Source: an uncultured Methanosarcinaceae archaeon (GTDB lineage: Archaea; Halobacteriota; Methanosarcinia; Methanosarcinales; Methanosarcinaceae). From it: 64,000 nucleotides of DNA. This document shows positions 39,351-50,305 of the stretch, piece by piece (the stretch's first letter is position 1; each line of letters starts with the position of its first letter). The notes under the pieces are model-generated. The model was not told the DNA's origin, ran no database searches, and saw nothing but the letters and a program-made list of their open reading frames with translations. Location of the stretch: the NCBI GenBank assembly GCA_963721455.1, contig CAVRJG010000039.1:160001-224000 (forward strand). The letters run 5' to 3'. The translations under genes were made by a program, and so were the position numbers.

Positions 39351-42347
39351 ATGGAAGTAAAGATGAGAAAATCTGGCATTGATATTATTGGGGACATTCC
39401 CTGGGGAACACATTTCTGCCAGTTCTACCAGACAAAAGAAGATTTGATGGACATACTTGTCCCTTATTTCAAAGCAGGGCTGGAAAATAATGAATTTTGC
39501 ATCTGGATCACGGCACAACCTCTGGAAGTAGAGGAGGCAAAAGAAGCCCTGAAAAGGGCTGTTCCTGATTTTGATGTTTATCTGGAGAACAGACAAATAG
39601 AAATTGTTCCCTACACCCACGGGTACATAAATGAGAGTGTTTTCGATTCTAAGAAAATCTTGAACGGCTGGGTTGAGAAAACCAGTTATGCCTTGGCCAG
39701 TGGCTACGATGGTTTGAGATTAAGTTTGAACACTTTCGGGCTGGAAAAAACAGATTGTGATTATTTTGCTGATTACGAGGGAGAAGTGGATAGCATCATC
39801 AGCAAACACAATATGATAGCACTGTGCACCTATTCCCTTGATAAGTGCAGCGCAATTGGGATTATTGACACAGTCTCCAGCCATCAATTCGTTTTGGCCA
39901 AAAAAGAAGGAAAATGGGAGCGAATAGAAAACGTTGGGAAGAAAACGGCGGAAGAGGCAACTATTCGAGCCGCAGAAGAAGACGAAATTAAGTTGGGAGA
40001 AGCATATGACAATCCAGAAAAATTATTTAGAAGAATAATGCAGCTTGAGAAGGCTTATATTTTATTGAAAGAAAGCGAAAAAGGTCTTGCTGAAGCTCAA
40101 AAAATGGCTCATATTGGAAGTTGGGATTTAGATATTGCAACTGATGAATCAAAATGGTCTGATGAAATGCATCGTATTTTTGGGCTTGATCCCCACGAAT
40201 TCGGCCCAAGTGACAAAACATTTTTAAGGTATGTACATCCAGACGATCGAGAATATGTGAATAATGCCATCCAAGACGCCTTAAAAGGAAAGCCATATAG
40301 CATTGATTATCGGATTATTTTAGTTAATGGGGAAGAAAGCGCAGTACATGAACAGAGAGAAATTACTTTTGATAAAAAAGATATACCTGTTCGAATTATT
40401 GGAACAATTCAGGATATTGCTGGGCGTAAAAAGATTGAAAAAGCGTTAAAAATAGCCAGAGATTATAATCGCAGTTTGATTGATTCCAGCCTGGATCTTC
40501 TGTTTGTTACCGATCCTGATGGTAAGATAACTGATGTAAATAAAGCTGCGGTAGAGGCTATCGGCTATTTACGGGAAGAACTCATTGGGACAAACTTTAC
40601 TAACTATTTTACAGATCCTGAACAAGCCAGAGAAGACTATCAAGAGGTATTTAGGGAAGGGGCAGTGCTGAATCGGGAGCTTGAAATCAAGCATAAGGAT
40701 GGCCACATAACTCCTGTTTTGTATAATTTTTCAGTTCGTATGAATGAAAGTGGTGAAATCATCGGCGTCTTTGCAGCTGCACATGACATCACAGAGCGCA
40801 AGAAAGCAGACGAAATACTTAAAAAAACACACGACTGGTTAGAAGAAAAAGTTAAAGAACGTACAGCTGAACTTGAAGAAGCTTATAAGGCATTAGTGGA
40901 AAATGAAATAAGACTCAAAGAAGCTCAAAAAATGGCTCATATTGGAAATTGGGATTGGGATATTGCAACTGATAAAGCATACTGGTCTGAAGAAATGTAC
41001 CGTATCTTTGGACGTGATCCTCAAGAATTAGCACCACCCTACAATGAATATTCAAGTTACATACATCCCGATGATCGAGACTACTTTGATAATGCCGCTA
41101 AGAAAGCTGTAAATGGGGAGTCCTATAGTAGTGATTATAGGATTGTCTTGGCTAATGGGAAAGAACGCACAGTCCACGTAAAATCTGAAGTTATTTTTGA
41201 TGCTGAGAATATTCCTATTCGAATGAAAGGAACAGTTCAGGATATTACTGAGCGCAAGCGGATGGAGGATTCGTTGCGTCAGAGTAAAGCGCTGCTTTCC
41301 GCTGTCCTCGAGCAACTACCAGTAGGCCTTGGACTTGCCGATACTCAAGGACGCTGGTTGGTCACCAACAACATGCTCCGTCGCTTTGTAAGTGGAGGAG
41401 TTATTCCGTCGAGCGACCCTGAAAACAGCTGGCGTTGGAGGACATGGGGAGTTGACGACCGTTTACTAGAGCAACCCGAATGGCCGAACGCGAGGGCACT
41501 TCAGGGCGAGAACATAACTCAAGGGCTAGATTTTCTCTACACCTCCGACGAAGGGCGGGAGATATGGACGCGCATAAGCTCGGTTCCTTTCCGCAACGAG
41601 GCTGGGGAGATCACGGGCACTATCAGCGTCATCCAGGATATCGACGAGAAAAAGAGGACCGAAGAAGCCCTGGAAAAAATAGAAAAAACCCGCATAAAGG
41701 AAATTCACCATAGAATCAAAAACAACCTGCAGGTAATCTCTTCACTTCTCAGCCTCCAAGCGGAGAAGTTCAGTGATACAAAAATCCTTGAAGCCCTTAG
41801 AGAGAGCCAGACCCGTGTGGCTTCAATGGCTCTGATTCATGAAGAGCTATATGAAGGAGATAAGATTGATACCTTCGACTTTGCAGCTTATATCCATAAA
41901 CTCACTTCACATCTTTTCAGTTCATATAATGTTAAAAATGATAATATCAGCTTGAAGCTGGATATTGGACAGGTCTATCTGAGTATGGATCCTGCAATAC
42001 CTCTTGGAATTATTGTAAACGAACTGGTCTCAAATGCCTTGAAGCATGCTTTCCCTGCTGGAAGCGAAGGCGAAATCTACATAAGCCTTAGCAAAGCTGA
42101 AACTCCTGCTCCCAAGCATGATATTTCCGATTCGGGCCCGTGCTATATGGAAAAAAATAGCTTCAATTATGTACTTACAGTAGCGGATAACGGAAAAGGC
42201 ATCCCGGAAGAAATAGAGTTTCAAAATGCGGATTCTCTCGGACTCCAGCTTGTAAACATTCTTGTTGAACAGATAGATGGCTGTATAGAACTTAAAAGAG
42301 ATAAAGGAACAGAATTCACTATCTGGTTTAGCAATATAGATAAATGA
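39351..42347 (+). CDS. Soluble multi-PAS sensor histidine kinase (MEDS-PAS x4-HisKA_2-HATPase)
   Basis: PWGTHFCQFY MEDS start; repeated HIGxWD..DITERK PAS/PAC units; KEIHHRIKNNLQ H-box; NELVSNALKHAF and DNGKG boxes. Confidence 0.93.
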   Translation: MEVKMRKSGIDIIGDIPWGTHFCQFYQTKEDLMDILVPYFKAGLENNEFCIWITAQPLEVEEAKEALKRAVPDFDVYLENRQIEIVPYTHGYINESVFDSKKILNGWVEKTSYALASGYDGLRLSLNTFGLEKTDCDYFADYEGEVDSIISKHNMIALCTYSLDKCSAIGIIDTVSSHQFVLAKKEGKWERIENVGKKTAEEATIRAAEEDEIKLGEAYDNPEKLFRRIMQLEKAYILLKESEKGLAEAQKMAHIGSWDLDIATDESKWSDEMHRIFGLDPHEFGPSDKTFLRYVHPDDREYVNNAIQDALKGKPYSIDYRIILVNGEESAVHEQREITFDKKDIPVRIIGTIQDIAGRKKIEKALKIARDYNRSLIDSSLDLLFVTDPDGKITDVNKAAVEAIGYLREELIGTNFTNYFTDPEQAREDYQEVFREGAVLNRELEIKHKDGHITPVLYNFSVRMNESGEIIGVFAAAHDITERKKADEILKKTHDWLEEKVKERTAELEEAYKALVENEIRLKEAQKMAHIGNWDWDIATDKAYWSEEMYRIFGRDPQELAPPYNEYSSYIHPDDRDYFDNAAKKAVNGESYSSDYRIVLANGKERTVHVKSEVIFDAENIPIRMKGTVQDITERKRMEDSLRQSKALLSAVLEQLPVGLGLADTQGRWLVTNNMLRRFVSGGVIPSSDPENSWRWRTWGVDDRLLEQPEWPNARALQGENITQGLDFLYTSDEGREIWTRISSVPFRNEAGEITGTISVIQDIDEKKRTEEALEKIEKTRIKEIHHRIKNNLQVISSLLSLQAEKFSDTKILEALRESQTRVASMALIHEELYEGDKIDTFDFAAYIHKLTSHLFSSYNVKNDNISLKLDIGQVYLSMDPAIPLGIIVNELVSNALKHAFPAGSEGEIYISLSKAETPAPKHDISDSGPCYMEKNSFNYVLTVADNGKGIPEEIEFQNADSLGLQLVNILVEQIDGCIELKRDKGTEFTIWFSNIDK

Positions 42348-42581
42348 ACCACGATTCATATTTAAAAATATTCACAATAGCAGAGTGCATTCACGTAATT
42401 GCATTCCGCCTCTTGTTTTTCACGCTGTGTACTTTTTGATGTTCTGTACGCGGGTAAGCTTAGATAACAGCGTCAAAAAAGTAAAGTACTTCTTATTTTT
42501 GGCCGGAGAATACGGTACTTGCCAGCGTATATATATTACTGCGGCAATGTTACAGTACTGCAATATTTCAGAGGGATTGGA

Positions 42582-42941
42582 ATGATAGATTTTGCCTGTA
42601 AAGAGTTCAAAATTGAAGACGTGATCAAGTGTGCCCTTAATCTCACAAAGGCAGACCTCAAGGTAATGAAATATTTTTTAAATGAAACCGAGCAGTGGGT
42701 TGACACTGATTTTCTTTCAAAAGTCCTGAAACTGGATATCTCCACAATCCAGCGCTCCGTTAAAAAACTGTATGAAAAAGAAATTCTGCAGAGGTCGCAG
42801 CAGAACCTTGACGGAGGAGGTTATGTCTTCAGATACAAAATTCATTCAAGAGCTAAAATAAAAAATATTATAATGACTGTAGTAAATTCCTGGGCCGACC
42901 GACTAGGACAGGAACTTGAAAAATGGGAAAACGGAGCTTAA
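42582..42941 (+). CDS. TrmB/COG3355-like wHTH transcriptional regulator
   Basis: KCALNLTKAD...LDISTIQRSVKKLYEKEIL..GGGYVFRY pattern. Confidence 0.85.
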   Translation: MIDFACKEFKIEDVIKCALNLTKADLKVMKYFLNETEQWVDTDFLSKVLKLDISTIQRSVKKLYEKEILQRSQQNLDGGGYVFRYKIHSRAKIKNIIMTVVNSWADRLGQELEKWENGA

Positions 42942-43564
42942 TTAACTTGCTTAAAATAACACCTCACCTGGGAATTTTCGTCCTTATCGTTTCCATCGGA
43001 GGACTCTGGTATCCGGCACTCGGATACTTCATGCTGCTAATTTTTGCTGCAATCTTTCTGATCAGCCCCTTCAGAGGTAGATGGTTCTGCGGAAATCTCT
43101 GCCCTAGAGGAAGCCTTGTTGATTTCTGGGTCAGCAAAATTTCAAAGAAAAGGAAGATACCTGACACTCTGAAAAGCCTATGGGTCCGCCTGCCGATTTT
43201 TATCCTGCTAATGGGCTTTATGGGGTACAGGATAACAGGCATTATCGGAAGCCTTAACACTTTCGAGAAAATCGGCATGGTATTTGTGATTATGTGTCTA
43301 GTGACAACTACAATCGCAGTCCTTCTGGGCAGTTACCTGAGCCCGAGGGCCTGGTGTTCCTTCTGTCCTATGGGAACAGCCCAGCGCCTGCTTGGTGGAA
43401 AGAGGTATCCACTGAAACTCACAAAGGAAAAATGCATTAACTGCAACAAATGCGATAAAGTCTGTCCTATGCAGCTTAAAATTCGCGAAAGCGAAACAAA
43501 ACCTGACTGTATCAAATGCGGGCGTTGTGTGACTGTATGTCCGAAAGATGCCCTTAAATTTTAA
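42923..43564 (+). CDS. Membrane polyferredoxin (NapH/YccM-like 4Fe-4S binding protein)
   Basis: RWFCGNLCPRG and WCSFCPMG motifs, TM helices, CINCNKCDKVCP and CIKCGRCVTVCP. Confidence 0.9.
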   Translation: MGKRSLINLLKITPHLGIFVLIVSIGGLWYPALGYFMLLIFAAIFLISPFRGRWFCGNLCPRGSLVDFWVSKISKKRKIPDTLKSLWVRLPIFILLMGFMGYRITGIIGSLNTFEKIGMVFVIMCLVTTTIAVLLGSYLSPRAWCSFCPMGTAQRLLGGKRYPLKLTKEKCINCNKCDKVCPMQLKIRESETKPDCIKCGRCVTVCPKDALKF

Positions 43565-43815
43565 TTTTTTTCTTTTATAAAATCAATATATAAAAAGCTA
43601 GAGAAAGTAAAATCGCAGAAAACGAACATAGAAAAATAAGATGAATATGAAAATAATTTGGACGTTATTTATAAAAAGACTATTTTTATTTTAGAAAATA
43701 TATAATATAAATTATAGGGGAGCTAGAAAAAAATTTCCAGAACCTGACTTAGCACGACCATCTGCACACACTGTAAAGTGTCCACAAATCGGCTACGACC
43801 CAAGAGGAGAAGAAC

Positions 43816-46800
43816 ATGACAACAAAAAATGTACCGGAACTTTCAGAAATCCAGAAAACAGAACTCTCCGAACTCTTCGGGGAATGCGCCAATCTTGACA
43901 AACGCGAACGCCACTATTATAACCACGATATAGGAGCCCTACCCCCGCTTGTCAAGAAAGTAATTGGGAACACTGACCCTGCAGCTGTTGTAAAAATCCG
44001 GACAGAAGAAGACGTAGTAAAGCTTCTGGAATTTGCAAACAGGTGCAGAATTCCGGTTGTCCCCCGTGCAGGGGCTTCTTCCGGGTACGGCGGGGTAATC
44101 CCTACAAAGGGAGGCATAGTTGCCGATGTCACCTTACTGAATAAGATCATAAGTATCGACCCCGAAGGGCAGAAAGCAGTTGTACAGAGCGGGATAATCT
44201 GGGAAAAGTTAGAGAGGAAACTGAAAGAAAGTGGGCTTTCGGTAAGAGCAATCCCTTCAAGTGCTCCGTCTTCGACCGTAGGGGGCTGGCTGGCCCAGAG
44301 CGGAGCCGGTTACGGAAGTTATGAGTTCGGCTGGGGGTATGAGAGTATGGAAAAAGCCAGGGTTGTCCTTCCCACGGGAGAAGTGCGGGAATTTTCAGGC
44401 CACGAACTCAAGAAACTGATAGGAACCATGGGGACTACTGGTATCATCACCGAAATCACGCTGAAGGTCCAGAGGCTTGAAGAGAGAAAAGCTGTTTCTG
44501 CCAGTTTCTCCGACGCTTCAGCCCTCAAAAAAGCGATCGAGACCATCAGAAAAAAGAACATACCTCTCTGGTCTATTTCCTTCCTGAACCCTGAATGGGC
44601 GGACATGAAGAATAAAGCGCCCAGGAAACTCCACTATGGAGAAGTTGTGGATAAAGACAGGCCGGTGCTGCCCGTAGCTTACGTCTGTACCTTCATGTAC
44701 CCTGCCTCCCGGGATGTCTCTGGCCTGAAAGAAGCAATTGAAAGCGCCGACGGCACAATCCTTCCGGAAGAAATTGCAAAACACGAGACAAAAGAATGGT
44801 TCAAGTCCATGAAGGTCAAAAGGCTAGGTCCCTCCTTCATCCCTGCCGAGATCCTGGTGCCGCTTGAGAAGATGGACAGTGCTTTTGAAGAAATTGGAAA
44901 GAGGATCAAACTGCCTGTGCTCACCGAAGGCATGGTTATAAGCGACGGAAATGTCGTACTCCTTTGTTTCATGCGTCACTCCGAGCGCTCCTTACTCTTT
45001 AATACAGCCTTTGCTCTTTCCCTGAGCATTCTGAAGATTGCGGAAGAAAACGGCGGAAGGGCATATTCTTCAGGGCTTTTTTTCGCTTCCAAGAAAAAAA
45101 GTGTCTTTGGAGACAGGCTTGCTGAAATCGAAGCCCTGAGAAAAGAATTTGATCCCAACGGAATCATGAACCCTGAAACCCTGGAAGGAAAAGGGCTTCT
45201 TAACACCGCAGTATCCCTTGGATCTTCCTTCGAACCCATGGGCAGGCTTGTGGGGAACATGTCGGGAATAGGCGAAGTATCCTTCAAAGATGAAAAAGAC
45301 ATCCCTGCAGAGGTTGCAGAACTTGCCTATTCCTGTTCCCAGTGCGGGTACTGTGTGAGCGAATGCGATCAGTATTACGGCCGAGGGTGGGAATCCCAGT
45401 CGCCTCGTGGAAAATGGTTCTTTATCAAGGAATACCTGGGAGGCCGGGAAAAACTTGACCAGAGGCAGACGAACACCTTTCTCGCCTGCACCACCTGCCA
45501 GATGTGCGATTCCCGCTGTGAACTGGACATGCCAATCGAACATGCCTGGATGACCATGCGCGGAAAGCTGGTAGAAGAAGAGAAAAAGATGACCTTCCCG
45601 CCCTTCGAGATCATGGCTGCAAGTTTGCTGAAAGAGAGGAATATCTGGGCAAACTACAGAAAAGACAGGGACAAATGGATTCCAGATGATATCCGGGCAA
45701 AGATGAAGGATGAAGCTGAATACGCCTACTTTGCGGGCTGTACGGCGTCCTTTGTGGAAAACGACGTGGCTGTAGGGGCTGTCCGCATGCTCGATGATGC
45801 GGGAATAGAGTTTACATGCCTCTTTGATAAGGAAGCCTGCTGCGGAATCCCCATGCTTGTTGCCGGAAAATGGGACGTCTTTGAGAAGATAATGAGGATG
45901 AACGTCTCGAACATGAAAAAGAAAGGCGTAAAAACCGTAATCACTTCCTGCCCTGCCTGCTGGCTCATGTGGCATACGGTCTATCCCCAGTGGGCGGAAA
46001 AGCTCGGGATTGAATACGGGCTTGAGACAAAGCACTACTCTGAAGTCCTCGTAGAGCGACTCGATATCCTCAAGCCAAAGTTCAAGCAGCCTCTGAATAA
46101 AATTGTCGCCTGGCACGATTCCTGCCACCTGGGAAGGGCAGGAGGCAAAGTTTACGAGCCTCCGAGGGAGCTGTTGAAGTCCATCCCCGGAATCCAGTTC
46201 AGAGAACTGGAACATAACCGGGAAAGAGCCCAATGCTGCGGTTCAGTGGTGAGCCTGATTGCCGAACCCCCTGTTGCGTACATACTGGGGGACATAAGAC
46301 TCCAGGAAGCTATTGACGTTAAAGCCGATATCATTGCAGCACTTTGTCCATGCTGTATCTTCCAGTTCCGCGTGGCTGCAGAGAAAAATAACCTTGACAT
46401 CCAGGCCCAGGACCTCGGCGCTCTGGTGGCAAGAAGTCTTGGATACAGCATCCCTGACTCGACCTCCTATACCCTGGAATCATGGGTTCCCTTCGAAAAG
46501 ATGATCTCCCTAATGCAGCCTGAAAATATGACCGACCTGATGGTTGAACTCATGCCGCAGATGATGGCAGCGATGCCGGCACCTCTTCCTGCCATGATGA
46601 AGATGGTCAAATATGTACCAGGCATGGACGCTCTGATGAAACCAATGATGCCAATTATGATGCCCAGGCTCATGCCATTGGTCATGCCGAAAGTCATGCC
46701 TGATATGCTTAAAGCTGTGGAAAGAAGAGTTCCTATGCCGGATTACATGAGAGAGCAGCTTCCTGACCTTATGCCAAAAGCTATGGAGAACCTGATGCCG

Positions 46801-46866
46801 AATATGCTTCCCGAGCTTATTCCTCTGCTGACTCCACGTATGATTGAGTACATAAAAACGCATTGA
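43816..46866 (+). CDS. Fused FAD-linked oxidase (GlcD/DLD) + FeS/CCG (GlcF/HdrD-like) oxidoreductase with Met/Pro-rich tail
   Basis: PRAGASSGYGG, STVGGW, GTMGTTGIITE and FDPNGIMNP motifs; CSQCGYC, CTTCQMC; CCG, TSCPAC and HDSCHLGR motifs. Confidence 0.92.
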   Translation: MTTKNVPELSEIQKTELSELFGECANLDKRERHYYNHDIGALPPLVKKVIGNTDPAAVVKIRTEEDVVKLLEFANRCRIPVVPRAGASSGYGGVIPTKGGIVADVTLLNKIISIDPEGQKAVVQSGIIWEKLERKLKESGLSVRAIPSSAPSSTVGGWLAQSGAGYGSYEFGWGYESMEKARVVLPTGEVREFSGHELKKLIGTMGTTGIITEITLKVQRLEERKAVSASFSDASALKKAIETIRKKNIPLWSISFLNPEWADMKNKAPRKLHYGEVVDKDRPVLPVAYVCTFMYPASRDVSGLKEAIESADGTILPEEIAKHETKEWFKSMKVKRLGPSFIPAEILVPLEKMDSAFEEIGKRIKLPVLTEGMVISDGNVVLLCFMRHSERSLLFNTAFALSLSILKIAEENGGRAYSSGLFFASKKKSVFGDRLAEIEALRKEFDPNGIMNPETLEGKGLLNTAVSLGSSFEPMGRLVGNMSGIGEVSFKDEKDIPAEVAELAYSCSQCGYCVSECDQYYGRGWESQSPRGKWFFIKEYLGGREKLDQRQTNTFLACTTCQMCDSRCELDMPIEHAWMTMRGKLVEEEKKMTFPPFEIMAASLLKERNIWANYRKDRDKWIPDDIRAKMKDEAEYAYFAGCTASFVENDVAVGAVRMLDDAGIEFTCLFDKEACCGIPMLVAGKWDVFEKIMRMNVSNMKKKGVKTVITSCPACWLMWHTVYPQWAEKLGIEYGLETKHYSEVLVERLDILKPKFKQPLNKIVAWHDSCHLGRAGGKVYEPPRELLKSIPGIQFRELEHNRERAQCCGSVVSLIAEPPVAYILGDIRLQEAIDVKADIIAALCPCCIFQFRVAAEKNNLDIQAQDLGALVARSLGYSIPDSTSYTLESWVPFEKMISLMQPENMTDLMVELMPQMMAAMPAPLPAMMKMVKYVPGMDALMKPMMPIMMPRLMPLVMPKVMPDMLKAVERRVPMPDYMREQLPDLMPKAMENLMPNMLPELIPLLTPRMIEYIKTH

Positions 46867-46895
46867 GTGTTCTTCGCACAAAACCTGTGCAGGAA

Positions 46896-46940
46896 AAGTC
46901 GAAGGGAAAATTCCAGGGTTCCTTCGACTTAATTTTTTTA
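46896..46940 (+). terminator. Hairpin plus T-tract terminator
   Basis: AAGTCGAAGG ... CCTTCGACTT followed by AATTTTTTT. Confidence 0.65.
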
Positions 46941-47277
46941 AAAATCTTGGTAAACTACCCTTTTTCCTGTAAGTAAAAATATCCTCATTATCCGGGTCTT
47001 CTCATTATCCGGACCAGCGCATGATTTTACAACAGGTAATTCAGGGTTTCGGGACTGAAAGTTCTGGACTTAATGCACCTGCAAAAATAACCCGGAAATG
47101 ATATTAAAAGATCCAGAAGGCTCGTTTTCCAAGATCCAGAACCTGCGCTCCAGAGGAATTCTTATATAGAAGTGCTTGCATTAAGAATAGGAAAAATTAC
47201 GCACAAAGATAACGTGCTCAGAAATACCACTTATAAAAATTCATAGAAATTCATATCACTATAAAGGAGATTGAAGT

Positions 47278-48906
47278 TTGTCAGCACAACCGATTTTTAT
47301 TTTAAGAGAGGGCAGTAAGAGAACTCATGGTTCCGATGCCCAGCACAACAATATTATGGCCGCAAAGGCGGTTGCTGAAGCAGTAAGGACCACTCTTGGG
47401 CCTAAGGGTATGGACAAGATGCTTGTAGACTCCATGGGTGATGTGGTTATCACCAACGACGGAGCAACAATCCTCAAGGAAATGGACATCGAGCACCCAG
47501 GTGCAAAGATGATCGTAGAAGTAGCCAAAACCCAGGATGCCGAAGTAGGCGACGGAACCACCACCGCAGCCGTACTTGCAGGGGAATTCCTGACAAAGGC
47601 AGAAGACCTGCTGGAAAGCGGCGTTCACCCCACTGTGATCGCAAGCGGTTACAGGCTTGCAGCAGACCAGGCTACAAAGATTCTGGAGACCATCACTATC
47701 AGTGCATCTCCAGAAGATACCGAAACTCTCGAAAAAATTGCAGCCACGGCCATAACCGGAAAGGGCGCAGAGGCTAACAAGGAACACCTTTCCAAGCTTG
47801 CAGTCAGGGCTGTTAAATCAGTTGTTGAGGTAAGTGAAGATGGGAAGATCACTGTGGACATCGAGGACATCAAGATCGAAAAGAGGCCCGGCGGAAGCAT
47901 CGGAGACTCTGAGATTATCGAAGGTGTAATCGTTGATAAAGAGCGTGTCCACACCGGAATGCCGGAAATCGTAAAAGATGCAAAAGTCCTGCTCTTGAGC
48001 GTGCCCATTGAACTCAAGAAGACCGAGACAAAAGCCGAGATAAAGATAACCACCCCTGACCAGATGCAGCTCTTCTTAGACCAGGAAGAAGCCATGCTCA
48101 GGGAAATCGTGGAAAAGGTAATCAGGACAGGCGCAAACGTGGTCTTCTGCCAGAAGGGAATTGACGACCTCGCCCAGTACTACCTGACAAAGGCAGGAAT
48201 CTTCGCCATGCGCAGGGTCAAGAAGAGTGACATGGACAAACTCTCCCGCGCGACAGATGCAAGGATTATCACCAGCATGGATGAAATTGAGGAGTCCGAC
48301 CTCGGCTATGCCGGCCTTGTAGAAGAAAAGGACGTTACAGGTTCCAGAATGACCTTTGTCACAGGTTGCAAGGACAGCAAGACCACCTCAATTCTCCTTC
48401 GCGGCGGCACCGAGCATGTAGTTGAAGGAATTGAGAGAGCGCTCGAAGATGCCCTCAGAGTCGTGGGCGTTGCCCTCGAAGACCAGAAGATTGTTGTGGG
48501 CGGAGGCTCACCTGAAATCGAACTGGCTCTCAGGCTCAAGGAATACGCAGCAACCCTTAAAGGCAGAGAACAGCTTGCTGTAATGAAGTTCGCCGAGTCC
48601 CTCGAGATCATTCCCCAGACCCTTGCCGAAAATGCAGGGCTTGACCCCATTGATATGCTTGTGGAAATGCGCTCCCAGCACGAAAAAGGCAACAAACGGG
48701 CAGGGCTTAATGTCTACACCGGGAAGATTGAGGACATGTTCGAAAACAATGTTGTCGAACCTCTCAGGATCAAGACCCAGGCAATCAACGCAGCCACAGA
48801 AGCTGCAATTATGATCCTCAGAATCGATGATGTAATCGCCTCAGCCGGCGGTGGAAGAGCAGGTCCGGGCGCAGGTCCGGGCGGCGAAATGCCTGAAGAT
48901 ATGTAA
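47278..48906 (+). CDS. Thermosome subunit (group II chaperonin)
   Basis: [31 protein letters not shown] and ILRIDDVI motifs; AAGGAG RBS and TTG start. Confidence 0.97.
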   Translation: MSAQPIFILREGSKRTHGSDAQHNNIMAAKAVAEAVRTTLGPKGMDKMLVDSMGDVVITNDGATILKEMDIEHPGAKMIVEVAKTQDAEVGDGTTTAAVLAGEFLTKAEDLLESGVHPTVIASGYRLAADQATKILETITISASPEDTETLEKIAATAITGKGAEANKEHLSKLAVRAVKSVVEVSEDGKITVDIEDIKIEKRPGGSIGDSEIIEGVIVDKERVHTGMPEIVKDAKVLLLSVPIELKKTETKAEIKITTPDQMQLFLDQEEAMLREIVEKVIRTGANVVFCQKGIDDLAQYYLTKAGIFAMRRVKKSDMDKLSRATDARIITSMDEIEESDLGYAGLVEEKDVTGSRMTFVTGCKDSKTTSILLRGGTEHVVEGIERALEDALRVVGVALEDQKIVVGGGSPEIELALRLKEYAATLKGREQLAVMKFAESLEIIPQTLAENAGLDPIDMLVEMRSQHEKGNKRAGLNVYTGKIEDMFENNVVEPLRIKTQAINAATEAAIMILRIDDVIASAGGGRAGPGAGPGGEMPEDM

Positions 48907-48928
48907 AACAATTTAGAATATAAATCCA

Positions 48929-48967
48929 GGTTACCGGAAAAATTCCAGATTTCCGGAACCTTTTTTT
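48929..48967 (+). terminator. Hairpin plus T-tract after thermosome
   Basis: GGTTACCGGAAA ... TTTCCGGAACC followed by a T-run. Confidence 0.6.
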
Positions 48968-49164
48968 CTGATTTTCAGAAAATAGCCTTTTTTTCAGGGA
49001 TCTTTTCTCAAAGGATAAGTCTTTCCGTGTACGTAAGTCTATTTTTGTGTGGCAACATAAAGGCATTTCCGAACTAAAATATTGAAAAATTAAAGAAAAA
49101 GAAGTTTTGGAGCTGTTTTTGAAGCAGAAGTAATTACTAAATTGCACCGTGATTGGTAAAATAG

Positions 49165-49554
49165 TCATCTGGCTTCGTAGCAGGAAATTTCCCTGGCGTC
49201 TACCCTCACCGGTTTCCCGAGTTCGTTTGAAACAACATTTTTTACCCTTGCCATGCACCGGCATTCAAGCTGGATACGGGCTGACATGGCTTCTCGCTCT
49301 TCAACATAGAGATCGTTTGAACTGAGAATGGAGTGAACCGAGACCTGCTTCTGTACAACCCTTGCTATGAGACCCTGAGTCCCATCCGTAAGGTCCTGAA
49401 GGCTTGTAGAGGTCAGGAGGACGTTCTCTCCTGCACTGAGCCCGAGTACCCCTACAAAATTTTGGGGACTCCGAATCTCAAGAGTCCTGAGATTATGTTT
49501 CTTCAGGATCTCGATCAGAGAATCAGCAATTCCTGTTAGCGCGATGTACTCCAT
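49165..49554 (-). CDS. DUF473-like archaeal protein
   Basis: ALTGI...LRTLEIRSPQN pattern; 4 bp from the upstream PAC2 gene. Confidence 0.75.
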   Translation of the reverse strand: MEYIALTGIADSLIEILKKHNLRTLEIRSPQNFVGVLGLSAGENVLLTSTSLQDLTDGTQGLIARVVQKQVSVHSILSSNDLYVEEREAMSARIQLECRCMARVKNVVSNELGKPVRVDAREISCYEAR

Positions 49555-49558
49555 GGGA

Positions 49559-50305
49559 TCACCCGTACATTGGGAACTCCTTCTTTACTTCTCCTTTCTG
49601 CTCGGTAGTCTGAACATCCTCAGCAAGCCTCTGGAGCTCGAATTCTATGCGTTCAGCCTGCTCTTTAAGCCGGTCTGTATTTATTGAAAGCCCATAGAGC
49701 TCGTTTAAAACCCCAATAACAGCAGAAGCAGCCCTTGGGTCAGGATTCTGAGTTCGGGTAGCACCAAGCAGGCTAAATGCAGGAATCTCACGCAGCAGAC
49801 ATTCAGCCATTACGCTGCCCGAAATTCCGGAGATAGTTCCCATCTGGAAAACCTCTACCTTATCCTTGATTTTATCCAGCATCTCAGACGTGGTGGCTGC
49901 CCCGAAGACTTTGTGCCCCCCATCCATAATGGCAATCCCTGCAATGGAAGCGATCTCTTTTACATTAATAGACTCGGCCCAGTCCACCAGAGCATTGCTG
50001 ACATCGTAAGAGATAGTGTGGCTGATAGGAATATCGGAGATAACAATAATCAGGTTGTGCTCCACGTCTTCGTAGATCCTCACAGGCATGTTTATGAGCC
50101 CCTCATAAAGCACTGCAATAGAGGGAAAATACCTGGATTCGATAGAGCCGATATATTCCATTTTCAATTCTTCGATCATATGCTGACTTGCAATATTCCC
50201 CACAAGCCCGATTCCTGGAAAACCTTCAATCAAAACAGGGTTTTTTGACTTTACAGGTTTGGTAATAATCTTCACATCATTGTTGTCATAATCTGTAGTT
50301 GACAA
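49559..50305 (-). CDS. Proteasome assembly chaperone family protein (PAC2/Pba)
   Basis: LIEGFPGIGLVGNIA, ISGISG and NPDPRAA motifs; C-terminal MYG (HbYX-like); GAGGTGG RBS. Confidence 0.9.
   Translation of the reverse strand: MSTTDYDNNDVKIITKPVKSKNPVLIEGFPGIGLVGNIASQHMIEELKMEYIGSIESRYFPSIAVLYEGLINMPVRIYEDVEHNLIIVISDIPISHTISYDVSNALVDWAESINVKEIASIAGIAIMDGGHKVFGAATTSEMLDKIKDKVEVFQMGTISGISGSVMAECLLREIPAFSLLGATRTQNPDPRAASAVIGVLNELYGLSINTDRLKEQAERIEFELQRLAEDVQTTEQKGEVKKEFPMYG

Noticed and set aside
45070-46233. Long antisense ORFs (387 aa here; also 8858-9790, 32063-32872, 13868-14644, 23737-24441, 57322-58020)
   Set aside because: They lie entirely opposite well-supported genes and have no recognisable motifs; they are shadow ORFs.
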